Below, one piece after another: positions 12,477-25,460 of a DNA stretch of 64,000 bases. Position 1 is the stretch's first letter. Each line of letters opens with the position of its first letter. Under the pieces are notes generated by a model that was not told where the DNA came from, did not search any database, and worked only from the letters and a program-made list of their open reading frames with translations. The position numbers were made by a program, and so were the translations under genes. This stretch comes from Chiloscyllium plagiosum (taxonomy: Eukaryota), in NCBI RefSeq assembly GCF_004010195.1, contig NC_057749.1:21403376-21467375 (forward strand), written 5' to 3'.

Positions 12477-13138
12477 NNNNNNNNNNNNNNNNNNNNNNNN
12501 NNNNNNNNNNNNNNNNNNNNNNNNNNNNNNNNNNNNNNNNNNNNNNNNNNNNNNNNNNNNNNNNNNNNNNNNNNNNNNNNNNNNNNNNNNNNNNNNNNNN
12601 NNNNNNNNNNNNNNNNNNNNNNNNNNNNNNNNNNNNNNNNNNNNNNNNNNNNNNNNNNNNNNNNNNNNNNNNNNNNNNNNNNNNNNNNNNNNNNNNNNNN
12701 NNNNNNNNNNNNNNNNNNNNNNNNNNNNNNNNNNNNNNNNNNNNNNNNNNNNNNNNNNNNNNNNNNNNNNNNNNNNNNNNNNNNNNNNNNNNNNNNNNNN
12801 NNNNNNNNNNNNNNNNNNNNNNNNNNNNNNNNNNNNNNNNNNNNNNNNNNNNNNNNNNNNNNNNNNNNNNNNNNNNNNNNNNNNNNNNNNNNNNNNNNNN
12901 NNNNNNNNNNNNNNNNNNNNNNNNNNNNNNNNNNNNNNNNNNNNNNNNNNNNNNNNNNNNNNNNNNNNNNNNNNNNNNNNNNNNNNNNNNNNNNNNNNNN
13001 NNNNNNNNNNNNNNNNNNNNNNNNNNNNNNNNNNNNNNNNNNNNNNNNNNNNNNNNNNNNNNNNNNNNNNNNNNNNNNNNNNNNNNNNNNNNNNNNNNNN
13101 NNNNNNNNNNNNNNNNNNNNNNNNNNNNNNNNNNNNNN
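12477..13138. other. Assembly gap (662 N)
   Basis: N run. Confidence 0.99.
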
Positions 13139-13480
13139 GTTGGAAATGCGATAGGTGGAAGGAGGTCAAGGTGAGGGTGATAGACTGGAGTGGGGTGGGG
13201 GCGGAGAGGTCAGGAAGAAGATTGCGGGTTAGGAAGGTGGTGCTGAGTTCTAGGGTTGGGACTGAGACAAGGTGGGGGGAGGGGAAATGAGGAAACTGGA
13301 GAAATCTGAGTTCATCCCTTGTGGTTGGAGGGTTCCTAGGCGGAAGACGTCGTGTTGTTATGGTCTGGCGATGGAGGAGTCCAAGGACCTGCATGTCCTT
13401 GGTGGAGTGGGAGGGGGAGTTGAAGTGTTGAGCCACAGGGTGGTTGGGTTGGTTGGTCCTGGTGTCCCAGAGGTGTTCTC
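13139..13480 (-). mobile_element. Penelope-like fragment
   Basis: AQHFNSPSHS.KDMQVLGL remnant typical of GIY-YIG C-termini. Confidence 0.65.
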
Positions 13481-16400
13481 TCCTGCATCTGCAGTCCTCA
13501 CTTCCTCCGCATCAGAAGGAAACCAAGTGATGCTGATCCTGCAAATACTTGTGCTGTGATGTCACATTTCGTACTAATTAATGGCAATTATGTGATTTGG
13601 TAACTAAGAATGCCAGTTAATAGTTCTTCAATACAATTAATATCAACTGACAGCTGTTAGCTTGCACGTATCTGACAGATTCTGCCAGAAGTGTAAAGGA
13701 ACCAAGTGTCTAGTGAGACAGTGGACAGGAAGGAAATCAGTATTAACAGGGTCACAGTCTAAGGGTACGGGATAAGCCATTTTAGACTGAGGTGAAGAGA
13801 AATTTCTTCAGTGGTGAGCCTGTGGGATTCTCTGCCACTGAAAGGGGTTGAGGTAAAAGCATTGAATGTTTTCAAGAAAGAGTTAGCTATAGTTCTTAGG
13901 GATCAAAAGTTATGGGGAGAAAGCGGGAACAGGATACACGAATGGTCATATTCCTGGATAGGGTACTCCTGCTCCTATATTCTATGATTCTATGTTTTAT
14001 AAGGAAATAGTGCTGTTTAAATGAATAGGATTAAATGCTGACAAATCACAAGGGCCTGGTAATCTATATCCCCAAAGTATTAAAGGAAATGGCTCTGGAA
14101 ATATTGGATGTATTGGTGGTCATCTTCCAAAATTCTATAGACTCCAGAGCAGTTGCAACAGATTGAGGATGGCAAACGTAACCCCGTTATTTAAAAAGCG
14201 AGGAGAGGAAAACAGATAATTACAGAATTAACATGTCAAGCCCAGTGAGTCTTCTTCAGAACTGTTCAGAAGGAGGGTGACTAGAGTCAATGTACACACT
14301 GTTTTCTCTCCACAGATGCTGCTTATCCTGCTGCCGTTCTCCAGCAATTTGTATGGACGAGCCCCTGTTCATGACCTTAGTTACCTCTTCAAAAAAGGTT
14401 CATTATGCATCCGCTGTGATCTTCTTGAACAGCAGGGAGGTTTCAGGGTCTGAATAGCCTACTCCTGCTCTTACTTCTTAAGCATGATGGATCCTTTACG
14501 AATCCACGCTGGCACTCTGTGATCCACTGAAAAATTTGAGGAAGATTTGTCATTTACAGAATTTCCCAAACATAGACGCCAGGCTAACTGGGATTGGCAG
14601 TTCCCTGGTTTGCCTCTTTAGTAGTACAACGGTATATGAAATTCTCTCACCAAGTGAGACAGTTCTCTGTCGGCCAAGGTCACTTGGTGCAACAGAATTC
14701 TAAAAAAGATTTTTAAAGCTTTTCATCTTGTATTTAACGGAACCAAGGCAAGAATGGCAAATTTCACAATCACAATTGTTGTGCTACATAAATTTCTGTA
14801 ACTGTACAAAATAGAAATGCTGTTGCTCTTCATTTTGCAACTCTTGCAAATTGTCCTGATCAGAGCCAGACACATTGCTGCAACAGACTATGACTTGTTT
14901 TCAGCAATACTCTGTTAGAAATGTAAAACCCTGTTTTCAAATGCACATTTAAGGGAAACTTCATAGATTATTACTTTACATTTTTTAAAATCCGTTGTGT
15001 TAAGGAAAAGTAACTTTGAATTTTCCCTAACATTTTATCAAAGTTATACAGAAAGAGACATAAGGATGAAGGCCCTCAATGTTTGGTGAGAAAATACAGT
15101 TTATGGAGTCATGCAGCCAGGAAACAGACCCTTTGGTCCAACTAACCCAAACTGACCGTATTCCTCAACCAAAATAGTCCTATCCGTGTCTGCTGAAGTT
15201 TTGCGATCTTGAAGGGGCTGGGCAAATGCAAGTTGTTGTTGTAAAATGAGTCTAGTCCTGAGTTTAAAAAGTGGCTTCCCTCACTGCAGTTGTATGCACT
15301 CAAAGTGAAAGAAGATCTAGGACTTTCAGTATTGCTACTAGGTCAGTGAAGTAAGGTTGATGCAGTTAACTAGTTCAGTGACAATGGATGCCCTTGTTAA
15401 CCAGGACACTGGTTAAAATGACTGCGCTTGCATTCAGCTCTGTACTTGCAGCCTGGATATGAAGGGCTTGTTTCTGCTAAAAGCACATCGGTTACAAGAC
15501 CAAGCAATCTCTGTTGTTTCTCATAAGGTGAACAAAGAACTAAATCGCACAAAGTTTCAAGCGTAAAGGTGAAATGGACATTCACAAGAATGAGGCTTCT
15601 TATCCAGTTGCTGTGGTTGAGCCCCATCGCTGTCGTCCTGAGCTGTGGGTGGCTAACACTTACCACTCAGCTCGAGAAGGTTATGTGTCACCTCAAAATC
15701 ACAATCCATCTTTGTAAGCACTTGGGAGCCTCTGCCATGATTAATGCTGGGAACTGCACAAAGACAGACTGTCCCGTAGCTTTGTGATCTGTTTACTCGG
15801 TCACAACCCAGACACAAAACCAGAAACAGCTCACATTGCACAAGTCTAATCAGGCTTCACCGAGTCACTTGAAGTTTCACTTCCAGCTATGCACCAAACC
15901 TAACAATCACACTGACACAGTATTTCTCAGAGCGATAGCAGAATGTAACGTGGGCTCATGTGGCTGAGAATCTTTGTTCCCCCATGTCAAGCTTCTTGAA
16001 CGAGTGGTTCTCAGAGCCAACTTTTAATGGGTGGCTTTAAACTGGGCTGTTTCAGGATGTCATAGGAACACCAACTGCATTTCACAGCAACTCCTGTGCT
16101 GCAACACTGGGTTACCAACAATCACTCCAGTGTGGATACCCCCACATTTCAGTATTGTTACACAGTCTCTGTTGTCATGCAGTAAGCTCTCCCAAATTCT
16201 CTCTCCTTCCCCAAAAGCAGCCAGCTCAAGAAAAGAGACAGATATGATGCTCACACATTCCTTTAGCTGCAGTAACTATTAAACTATGGGTGCATCACAG
16301 TAGAGCCTGACCTCTCCTGTCCATTCCATGGGCTGTGCGTGTCTCCAGCTGGGTCAGCACTTATTATCCAACCATGATTGCCCCCGAGAAGGGGACAGTG

Positions 16401-16918
16401 AGCTGCCGTCTCAAACTGCTGCAGTCCATGTGACTGGGGGGTGTGTGCATCCACTGGGAGTGATGGCTCTCCACCATTGCAGGTTTCCTCCCATTCTTCA
16501 GCATCTGACCTATCAACATTACCTTTCTTACTTTTCTCCCTCTGTTGTTGGTTCAGGGTCCATACTCAACATTCCAATGGAGTTCCAACCATGCCACAGA
16601 AATGAAGAATTTCTGTAAAGCGCTATAAAGGTTTGAGCTGTAAAATCTGTAAATGTTTGTAAATCTATGGATGAATGTAATGTTTGTTGCGGTGATGAAT
16701 GCAAAGGTTAAATTGCAATTCTCAAATAGATAAAAATTCAGTTAATTTGACCTTCGACCTTCCTTAGACGTGTCACTTGGCCATTGATGTAGGGCTATTC
16801 AGAATATTTCAGTGTGTTTACCCTCAATATATCCCAGCAGCAATCCAGACTAGAAGCATAAACAAGTTGTTTCCAATCTCTGCGACAAGAGGACAAGAGA
16901 GAGAGTCATTGCTCAAAC

Positions 16919-17277
16919 TCAGTGCAAGAGCAGAGCCACAGCTGTCATGAAAATACAGTAGACAGCAATACTGTATCTGGTCAAGTACATCAAAGACCCA
17001 CTGCCCTTAATCAAATACGACGTGTGAAACTGTTCAAATCCCCTTTCATTTGAAACACATTGGTACGAGCTACCTTCATGTTCTGCAAGGTTACTTATGA
17101 AGAAAAGGCATTCATCTTCATTTGAAGAACAGTCCATTGTGTGGTTCTGCGTCCTCCAGGAGTAATCTGCATGTTGGGATTGCTTAGGGCATGAAAGATA
17201 AACTGAGCCATGTCCCTCCAGGACGAAAATGTGATTCAGATCTTGACTCGTGCTCTGTGAGGAATGGTAAAACGCAA
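16919..17277 (-). CDS. SEMA7A: SEMA7A-like copy A terminal exon 14 (Ig domain plus GPI-type tail)
   Basis: tcctag acceptor, open frame ...VYLSCPKQSQHADYSWR...CLFFISNL...YQCVSNE...AVALLLH*. Confidence 0.94.
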
Positions 17278-18772
17278 CTAGGAATAAAAGAAACCAAAAC
17301 CGTTAGCACTTCATCGTATGAAAGCTGCCTTCAGAGTCTCTGGTATGAGAATAGTTGAGGTCCGACAGTTCAGGGTTCAATTGTTTTTTGCCATAATTTC
17401 AGTTCAGCCAGACGCCTCAAAGAGCCATAAATATTCAGATCACCAAAGGATCTGACCCCTCTATCCTTGATAGCATTAATCTCTTTGACAGAACAATCCA
17501 AACTGATCCCACTGCACCACACTGTCCCCGGGCGCAGAATGCTCCTCAGCTTCAAACTGTTCTGCAATGACCTTTGAAGGGGAACTTGCAAAGTGGTGTT
17601 CCCATGTGTCTGTTCCCACGCCCTTGCGGGTGGTAGAGTTCACGGGTTTGGAAGGTGCTGTCTAAGGAGTCTTGTTGAGTTGCTGCAGTGCATCTTGTCG
17701 CTGGTACACTCTGCTGCCCCTGTAGGTCAGTGATCTACCCGTTACTGATCAAACCATCGTGCTGGCTGCATTGTCCTGATGCTGCACTGAATATTCCATT
17801 CCCAACACCGTGACATTCCCATTCCCACTGGGGAACAATCCCGATCAGCCTAGCTCCAGTTTATTGCTGCTAATTCACACAGGTTTAACCAGCCAGATGC
17901 TGTTCCCTCCAACCCCGACACCAACATACCCCTCCCCCTCCCCCTCCACCATGTTGGTCTGTGGGAAACAGAATGTAAATAAATCATGCAGCTCCGGCCC
18001 TTCACAGAAGCCCACCCCCCCAGTTACAATCCCCTCCGAAGTAGGGGTCATTTTCACGTTTCTATCTGGTGGGGGACCTACGTGACTGGGTGGAAGTTCA
18101 ATTTGTCACCTTTCCCGAGTGTTACTGTCCACTGAAGGCACAGAGTTCCACCTGTGACCTCAAGGGCTCCTTCAGTGACAGGTTCAGTCAAATTAGTTTC
18201 CCTCACCCCCAGCAGCAATGTGCAGCTCAATTTGCACAGAGACTTGACGGTATATGGGATGTTTTACAAACGGTGACTGAAGCGAAGGTCATCGCAGGAC
18301 AGAAAATAAAAGAAACGTTTGGAGACCTCTACAGGTCAGGCAGCATCCAGAGAGAGAGAGAGCAAGCTAATGTTTCGAGTCGAGATGACTCCTCATCACC
18401 GCAGAACAGTTTGAAGCTGAGGAGCATTCTGAGCCCAGGGGACAGTGCGGGGCAGTGGGAGAACCCAAGCATTTAAAAAGCGTTGGATGCCACTTTAAAA
18501 CTTCAAACAAATGTAACAGTTTGGAATGTTAAAATGCAAAGTGAATACAATATCTTTTGGAAGCTGTTGCAGTTTTAGTCAGAAACGTTTCTGATTATTT
18601 TGTGTCTGTTGTGATTGAGCTGCTCAGAGAAATCATTCACTCATTGTAACAAGTGACCTTCATAACTGCTGTGCTGTTGTGAGCGATAACTGAGAAATGA
18701 ACTGAGATACTGATTCTGTGGCCAGATCAATAAGAGCGAGAATCGCTGTACTCTCTCTCAGCGGAACCTCAC

Positions 18773-18828
18773 CTCTTTCTGAAGGACATTTCTTGTGATC
18801 ACCATTTTCAGGATCTTGGATAAGGTTG
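18773..18828 (-). CDS. SEMA7A: SEMA7A-like copy A exon 13 (NLIQDPENGDHKKCPSER)
   Basis: 56 bp, tcacag/gtgagg, phase 2/1; identical in both copies. Confidence 0.9.
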
Positions 18829-19807
18829 CTGTGAAAATAAATACAATGCTGAGGTAAGTCTGGGTGCTACAGTTCTCCCCTCTGTGAGGTTAGTCACAGG
18901 ACATTAATGCTTTCACAGCCTTCACATTCCAAAAGGGAGATTATCAGCAGGGCACCGTTAGTCTTCATTTCAAAAGAAAATCAGTGCTTTTCCGGTTGCC
19001 TCTTACATGTCTTGGTTTACAAAATATTTTCGGGACGAGGGAGATTCTGCTGCCCATGTCCTGACTCGGAGTACTCTTCACCGATCATTCCAGTGCCCAG
19101 TGATCTCCACTGGCTTCCAGTGCACTCTCAAACCCAGATTGGTGCCGTTTAATGGGAATTGTACTGGGTAAATAGGGATTCAATTAAACAATGGACACTA
19201 CACTGGGTAACATGGGTGCTACTGGGTAACTGGCATTCTCCTGCACATTCTAAGGGATGTGTAATGGGTATTGCACTGGAGCCTGCGGAACGATTGTACT
19301 GGGCACTATAACAGCCATTTATGGATAACTGTAGAACATCTTAAAGCATTTTGCAGCCAGTGAAGTACTTTTGAAACTGTTGTCATTTTCCTAATGTAGG
19401 AAATGTGGCAGCTGGCCTGTGCACAGCAAGCTCCCACCAGCAGCAGTGAAATGTCGAGGTGGTAAGCTGACTTCAGTGACCTTATCTGAGGGGTAAGTAT
19501 TGGCGATGGGAGAGACCCATATCCCATGTGTCATCAAAACAATGTCACAGGATCTTCTGCATCCCCCTGAGGGGGCAGAAAGAAGTTCAGTTTAAGGTCA
19601 CACCATAATGGAGGTACCCCGAAGGCCTGAGGGCTAGACTGAACTGTCAGCCTCGATTAGTTTCCCTCGGGAGAGCAGTGGATGAGGCTTTGGAAAATAT
19701 AAGAAAAGGGGTTTGAAATATTAGATTAGATTAGATTAGATTACATTAGATTACATTAGATTAGATTAGATTACATTACAGTGTGGAAAATGGTTCCCCA
19801 TACGTAC

Positions 19808-19968
19808 CTGAAGTGAGATGTGACAGGGACACAATTCTTCTCTCTGTCATCCCAAGCACAGTAGGGGTCCCTGGCCATGATGCAGCTTTCACAGCTTTCA
19901 TTATATTTTTCACACTGCCTCAGTGGGATCCGAACCACCTCTTTAGCAGCGGTAATGTACAGAAGTTT
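19808..19968 (-). CDS. SEMA7A: SEMA7A-like copy A exon 12, PSI domain (KLLYITAAKEVVRIPLRQCEKYNESCESCIMARDPYCAWDDREKNCVPVTSHF)
   Basis: 161 bp, ttctag/gtacgt, phase 0/2, C..C..ARDPYCAW PSI signature. Confidence 0.96.
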
Positions 19969-20091
19969 CTAGAAAATCAGGTTAAAAAAAAGTTTGACTG
20001 CCATTTTTCCTTAAAGCAGAGAGAAAAAAAAAATCCTTGTCCAGGTTTTCATTATTAGGTCAGGTGGATGACCCTTGACCTTTGTACTTAC

Positions 20092-20207
20092 AGCTTCAGA
20101 GTCCAGGGACATTGATGAGATTGGTCCTGGCTCCTTTAGAATCGTAAGTTCTGAAATGATGAAGACTGACTGTCCGATTTCCAGAACCTTCTGGATTTTA
20201 CCATCTC
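20092..20207 (-). CDS. SEMA7A: SEMA7A-like copy A exon 11 (GDGKIQKVLEIGQSVFIISELTILKEPGPISSMSLDSEA)
   Basis: 116 bp, ccacag/gtaagt, phase 1/0, G.I.KV...I..MSLD motif. Confidence 0.95.
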
Positions 20208-21047
20208 CTGTGGGGAGAAAAGAGAGACTCAGCGTTTCAATAATGTCAAAACCCGGTGAATTCACATTCCTCATGATTAGATATCTGTCGGCGGCAATCT
20301 CTGGAATGGTCAAAAGCCCCAGTGAGAGAAAACAGGTTTAATATGAAAAACTAAGTCACATGATCTCAACGGAGCCAATAGCAATCGTGGGGTCTTTAAC
20401 TCATCCTGGGCCACTTGGGGCCTTGATTTAACATCGAAACAAATGCCACCATGCCCAATTTTACATTCGACACACAACAGAAATTTAATCAATCTTTCAT
20501 TGACTGACAAAACTAGAAATAAAATGTAAGGCCATTCATCCCATGAAGTTCATTCTATCATTTTATTGGGTTTTGAGTTCATTTATACCAGAAAATAAAG
20601 CTTCTTTTTTGTCAAATTTACATTCACTCGAGGTCAGATAGCAAATTACTGTCAAATCCTGATGCATTCTGGGCATTAGCTTTGGGTCATTATTCTAGTG
20701 GAGAGATATCAAGCTCTGCTTATTTGTATTTTCCTCCAGTGTTCGATCACAATTTGTAAGACAACGTGCCATTGAGACACAGAAGTATTACTGTGTCACT
20801 TCCAGATCAATAATATCCTTCACGAAACAGCAATCTGCCAGAGAGTTGAACAGAGAACATAATTCAGGTCTATTTTTGGGGTGAACTTAACATCCCTGAA
20901 GCAATGGTGAATTCACAGTGACATTCTATACACTGGCAGACTTACATCACTGGAATAGGAAAACTGAGTAAAAATGATATCTGACAGCCACTACTGCCAG
21001 ATGTTGAGAAAGGGATTCTCCAGATGGGAGAAAGTGAGGGAGAAAGG

Positions 21048-21140
21048 ATTCCTGAAGAAGGGCTTATGCCCGAAACATCGATTCTCCTGTTCCCTGGATG
21101 CTGCCTGACCTGCTGCACTTTTCCAGCAACACATTTTCAG
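21048..21140 (+). mobile_element. Short hammerhead-type repeat fragment
   Basis: attcCTGAAGAaGGGCttatGCCCGAAAcatcgattc. Confidence 0.65.
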
Positions 21141-22259
21141 GCCCGTTTCTCCAGATGGTCCTGGACAACATTTTTCTCTCTCTTGATCAACAACTAAATA
21201 TGACAATGTGGTCATTCATCTCATTGATGCCAACTGGAACTCTGTTTACAAACTGGCTGCAGTCGCTGCGTAATTAACCACAGCTTCACTTCAAAACCAA
21301 TCACTTGGCTGGGAAAAGGTTTAGGACGTTTTGATGTGGGTAAAGGTGCTATATAAATGCAAGTCCGTTCCTTGCTCATCCTAGCACAGTGCTACACAAT
21401 GAACAGTCTTTGACTGGTCGACCCCTACTTTGGGGTAATATGGATGTTCGATTTTGGTTTCTCAACGCAGAGCCCCTTTCAAAGTTACTCAGTTCCAAAC
21501 TTTCCAAAAGAGCCATCGAACGGCACATCAGAAGTAGCCCATTCAGCCCATCAGCTCTGCTCTGTACGAGGTCTACTTGTATTCTTTCACGGGATGTGAC
21601 ATCACTGACAAGTCAGCATTTGTTGCTCAATTTGAACTGACCTTGTTTAACCCTTGCAGAGGTCAGCCATTGGATGCAAAAGTAGGCCAGAAAAGGTCAG
21701 GATGATAGATTTCCTTCCGAAAGGTATAACTGATGGTAACTTCATTGGCACCATCACTGAGACGAGTTCTATATTCCAGATCTACCAAGTGTGGGATTTG
21801 ACTCCCTGTCTCCAGGGCATTACCACAATGCCACCACTTCCTCTTTGTACATTATATGCAGTAGGGAGCAAGAGGAAATGATAAGGAAAACTATGAACAG
21901 AGCAGCACAAACAAAGAGTATTTCCACCCATACCACCTTCAGGAAACAAAATAGAATGGGAAAATCCTACAGCCATAAAGATTCACTCATGGAGAGATCT
22001 GAAATTTTATCCCACTGTCGAAAGCCTCCATTTGAAGAGATGATGGGAGTGGATTCAAAGTCACATATTCAAATGAGAATTGGATAAATATATGAAGTTA
22101 ATGGTTCCCGGGCAACACCAAGTGAGTGGGATAAATTGGATAGAGGAGAGGGACAGAATGGCTTCTGTCTAAGCTGTGTAATTCTGTGGGGTGTCCCATT
22201 ATGCTTTATTTTGGCACAGATGAGAATCAATGTGTCGGATATCAAGTTATTTACAAGGG

Positions 22260-22746
22260 GCGTTTGGTATGCTTTCCTTTATTGGTCAGAGTATGGAGTA
22301 CAGGAGTTGGGAGGTCATGTTGCGGCTGTACAGGACATTGGTTAGGCCACTGTTGGAATATTGCGTGCAATTCTGGTCTCCTTCCTATCGGAAAGATGTT
22401 GTGAAACTTGAAAGGGTTCAGAAAAGATTTACAAGCATGACCAGAACTAGAGGGCATAGGTTTAGCGTGAAAGAAGAAAGATATAAAAGAGACCTAAGGG
22501 GCAACGTTTTCATGCAGAGGGTGGAACGTGTATGGAATGAGCTGCCAGAGGAAGTGGTGTAGGCTAGTCCAATTGCAACATTTAAAAGGCATTTGGATGG
22601 GTATATGAATAGGAAGGGTTTGGAGGGAAATGGGCTGGGTGCTGGCAGGTGGGACTAGATTGGGTTGGGATATCTGGTCGGCATGGACGTGTTGGACCGA
22701 AGGCCAGATAAGGCATGTTTCCATGCTTTACATCTCTATGACTCTA
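22260..22746 (+). mobile_element. 5'-truncated, internally deleted CR1 LINE in copy A intron 10 only
   Basis: LYRTLVRPLLEYCVQFWSP motif, ctctatgactctat tail; absent at the paralogous site ~44540. Confidence 0.9.
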
Positions 22747-22800
22747 TGGTAAAATCAGGTATTTTCTCATCTAAACAAACTGTTTGGTGGGCAGACCTAC

Positions 22801-22996
22801 CCATGGCCAGGAAAAGGACGTAGAACACTGTTCCATTGAAGCCAACAACGGAATCCACAATGATTTTCTTGAAATGATCCTTATTCTCGAAGATGAGGGG
22901 GCCTTTTCCGATGGGATGGATTGGATTCTCCATTTCAGGATGGTGTTCCACCAGTCTCAGTACTTTACTTTCCAGACTTTGAGTGTTAGTCCCACA
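22801..22996 (-). CDS. SEMA7A: SEMA7A-like copy A exon 10 (CGTNTQSLESKVLRLVEHHPEM...VFYVLFLAM)
   Basis: 196 bp, ttgcag/gtaggt, phase 0/1, HPEM...VL.L motif. Confidence 0.95.
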
Positions 22997-23494
22997 CTGC
23001 AAAAAATATGAGAAGAATAGAAGGCTGTAAGTTATCTAGTGACAAGATGCATTTTGGATTCCCTCGACACCATATGGTCTCCTCCCCAGTGTGAGGGACC
23101 TGAGAGACATATGGAAAACACACAGGCAAGACAATAAGCTATGACTTTCAAAGTCAAAGTTTCTAACAAATCATCTCCCATTGTTGGAGGCGGGATTGCA
23201 GTCAGAGGTGAATACAGGACTGTCCCATCTCAGTCTCTACTCCACAGCCCCCACTGTACCTTGGAACTTGTCACCCCCATTACTCAGCGCATGATCACAG
23301 TGGGGGTCATGACCCACAGCTTGAGCCACTTGTTTGAAGATATCTATTTTTTGGCCGACAACTCATTTGGATCGATTTGTCCTGGGAGAAAATGAAATGT
23401 CGAAATGGTAGGGAAAAGGAATTAAAATCAAGGATAAAAAGGTTTTCTGAAAAAGGATTAATGAAAATGAGATGTAGATAGTAACCATATATAC

Positions 23495-23850
23495 GTACAG
23501 CACGGAAATAGATCTCTGGTCCAACTCGTCCGTGCCGACCAGATATCCTAATCTAATCTAGTCCCATTTGCCTGCACTTGGCGCATATCCCTCTAAACCC
23601 TTCCCATTCATATTCCCATCCTGATGCCTTTTAAATGTTGTATTTGTACCAGCCTCCACCACTTCCTCTGGCAGCTCATTCCATACACGTACCACCCTCT
23701 GTGTAAAAAAGCTGCCTCTTAGATCCTTTTTATATCTTTCCCCTCTCACCCTAAACCTATGCCCTCTAGTCCTGGACTCCCCCACCCCAGGGAAAAGGCG
23801 TTGTCTATTTATCCTATTCATGCCCGTCATGATTTTATAAACCTTTATAA
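23495..23850 (-). mobile_element. CR1 LINE 3' end, copy A only
   Basis: ORF 23558-23860 RTRGHRFRVRGERY...FFTQRVV. Confidence 0.9.
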
Positions 23851-24999
23851 TGAAAGCCATGTCTTTACTGATTTATGACTGAGAACTGAACTGAGTGTTT
23901 GAGCTTATGCGAATGGATTGAAAGTTCCATGCGATTTTGTCCAGATAATGACGAGTGCGGGGAAACCTGATGGAGATCTAGAAAATTATGAAGGAGTTTG
24001 ACAAAGTAGACACAGTGAAGATATTTCCAAGTGCAGGGCAGTGCAGAATTAGGGGCATAACTATAAGCTGGCCACTAATATGTCAAAGAGAACTATATTG
24101 TATATTTATGAACCAATCACAAGTAAACCCAAAACAGAATTCAGAATAAGTTTCTCTAGCCAGAGAGTAGGATAAAGAATAGCTGAGATGAATAGCCTCT
24201 ATGCATTTCAACAGAAGCTAGATAAACACATGGGGCAAAGAATTCAACCAATCAGAAAAGAGATAAGAAACTCGGTACCTAAACACCGTGTCAAACCAAA
24301 TTTAGAAGAAAAATAATCAGGAAATGATTGTATTTGATTGGATTTGATCAATTCAGTAACGTGGAGATTGGATGGTGCAGTAATTCACACTGAACATCAC
24401 CCTCTGGAGTATGTGACGGAACAGCGTTTAGACGAATCAAACATCTGACCTGCGATATTGAACACACCGTCTCGGTCAGTATCCAGGTCCAGTTACATCA
24501 GTAAATTCTGGGATATCAGATTTAACTGAGAGTTATTTCTCAACGTGAGGTATTTGTACTGTGTGCGCTGCAACAGACCAGTCTTTGATGTAGACATTGT
24601 CAGCAATGTATTGTAGTCAGTTTAATTGGGGGATAATTCCATTTAACTCTGCCTTCAATCCATTTTGAGATCCAATCATTAACTGGCCCAGTTAATGAGA
24701 ACCAGTAAGTGCCACTAAACCGTGTACGCTCATCTCACACTTGAATGCCAGTCGTCCCATTATGGATTCTTCTGTGAACATTTATCATGGTAAGGTAAAC
24801 AAAGTCCACCTTACAATGACACTCTCCCACCAGGAGTGCCAGTGTGGTGCCTCAGTTCAATCTCCCAGTTCCTCAGCTGGTAATGTTCCTCATCTACAAA
24901 CAACGTCGATAGTAGGCACTGGGGAGTGTTGCCAAATAAAGAGACAGAGACTTGAAGGTTCATTGTTCCTTGAAAGTGGAGGGCAGCGTTTGGCATGTT

Positions 25000-25460
25000 C
25001 AACTTGAAAGGATTCAGCACAGATTTCACTGGGATTGGAGGGTTTGAGCAATAGGCAGAGGCTGAATAGGCTGGGGCTGTTTTCCCTGGAGCATTGGAGG
25101 CTGAGGGGTAACCTTACAGAGGTTTATGAAAACATGTAGAGTAAATAGCCAAGTATTTTTCCCAGAGTAGGGGAGTCCAAAACTAGAGTGCATAAGTTTA
25201 AGGTGAGAGGAGAGTATTTAAAAGGGGTAACATTTTCATGCGGAGGATGGTGCATGTATAGAACGAGCTGCCAGAGGAAGTGGTGGAGGCTGGTATATTT
25301 ACAAAATTTACAGCATTTGGATGGGTACATGAATAGCAAGGGTTTGGAGGGATATGTGCCAAATGCTGGCAAACGGGACTAGATTAAGTTGAGATATCTG
25401 GTGAGTGCAGATGGATTGGACCAAAGGATCTGTTTCTATGCTGTATAATTCTCTCACTCA
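25000..25460 (+). mobile_element. CR1 LINE 3' end, copy A only
   Basis: Same family 3' sequence. Confidence 0.85.

Noticed and set aside
15397..16282. Duplicated ORFs (mirrored at 52582-53449; also 9955-10408/61910-62402 and 26046-26354/41895-42188) as a second gene family
   Set aside because: No recognisable domain or splice structure; they persist only because the DNA is nearly identical.
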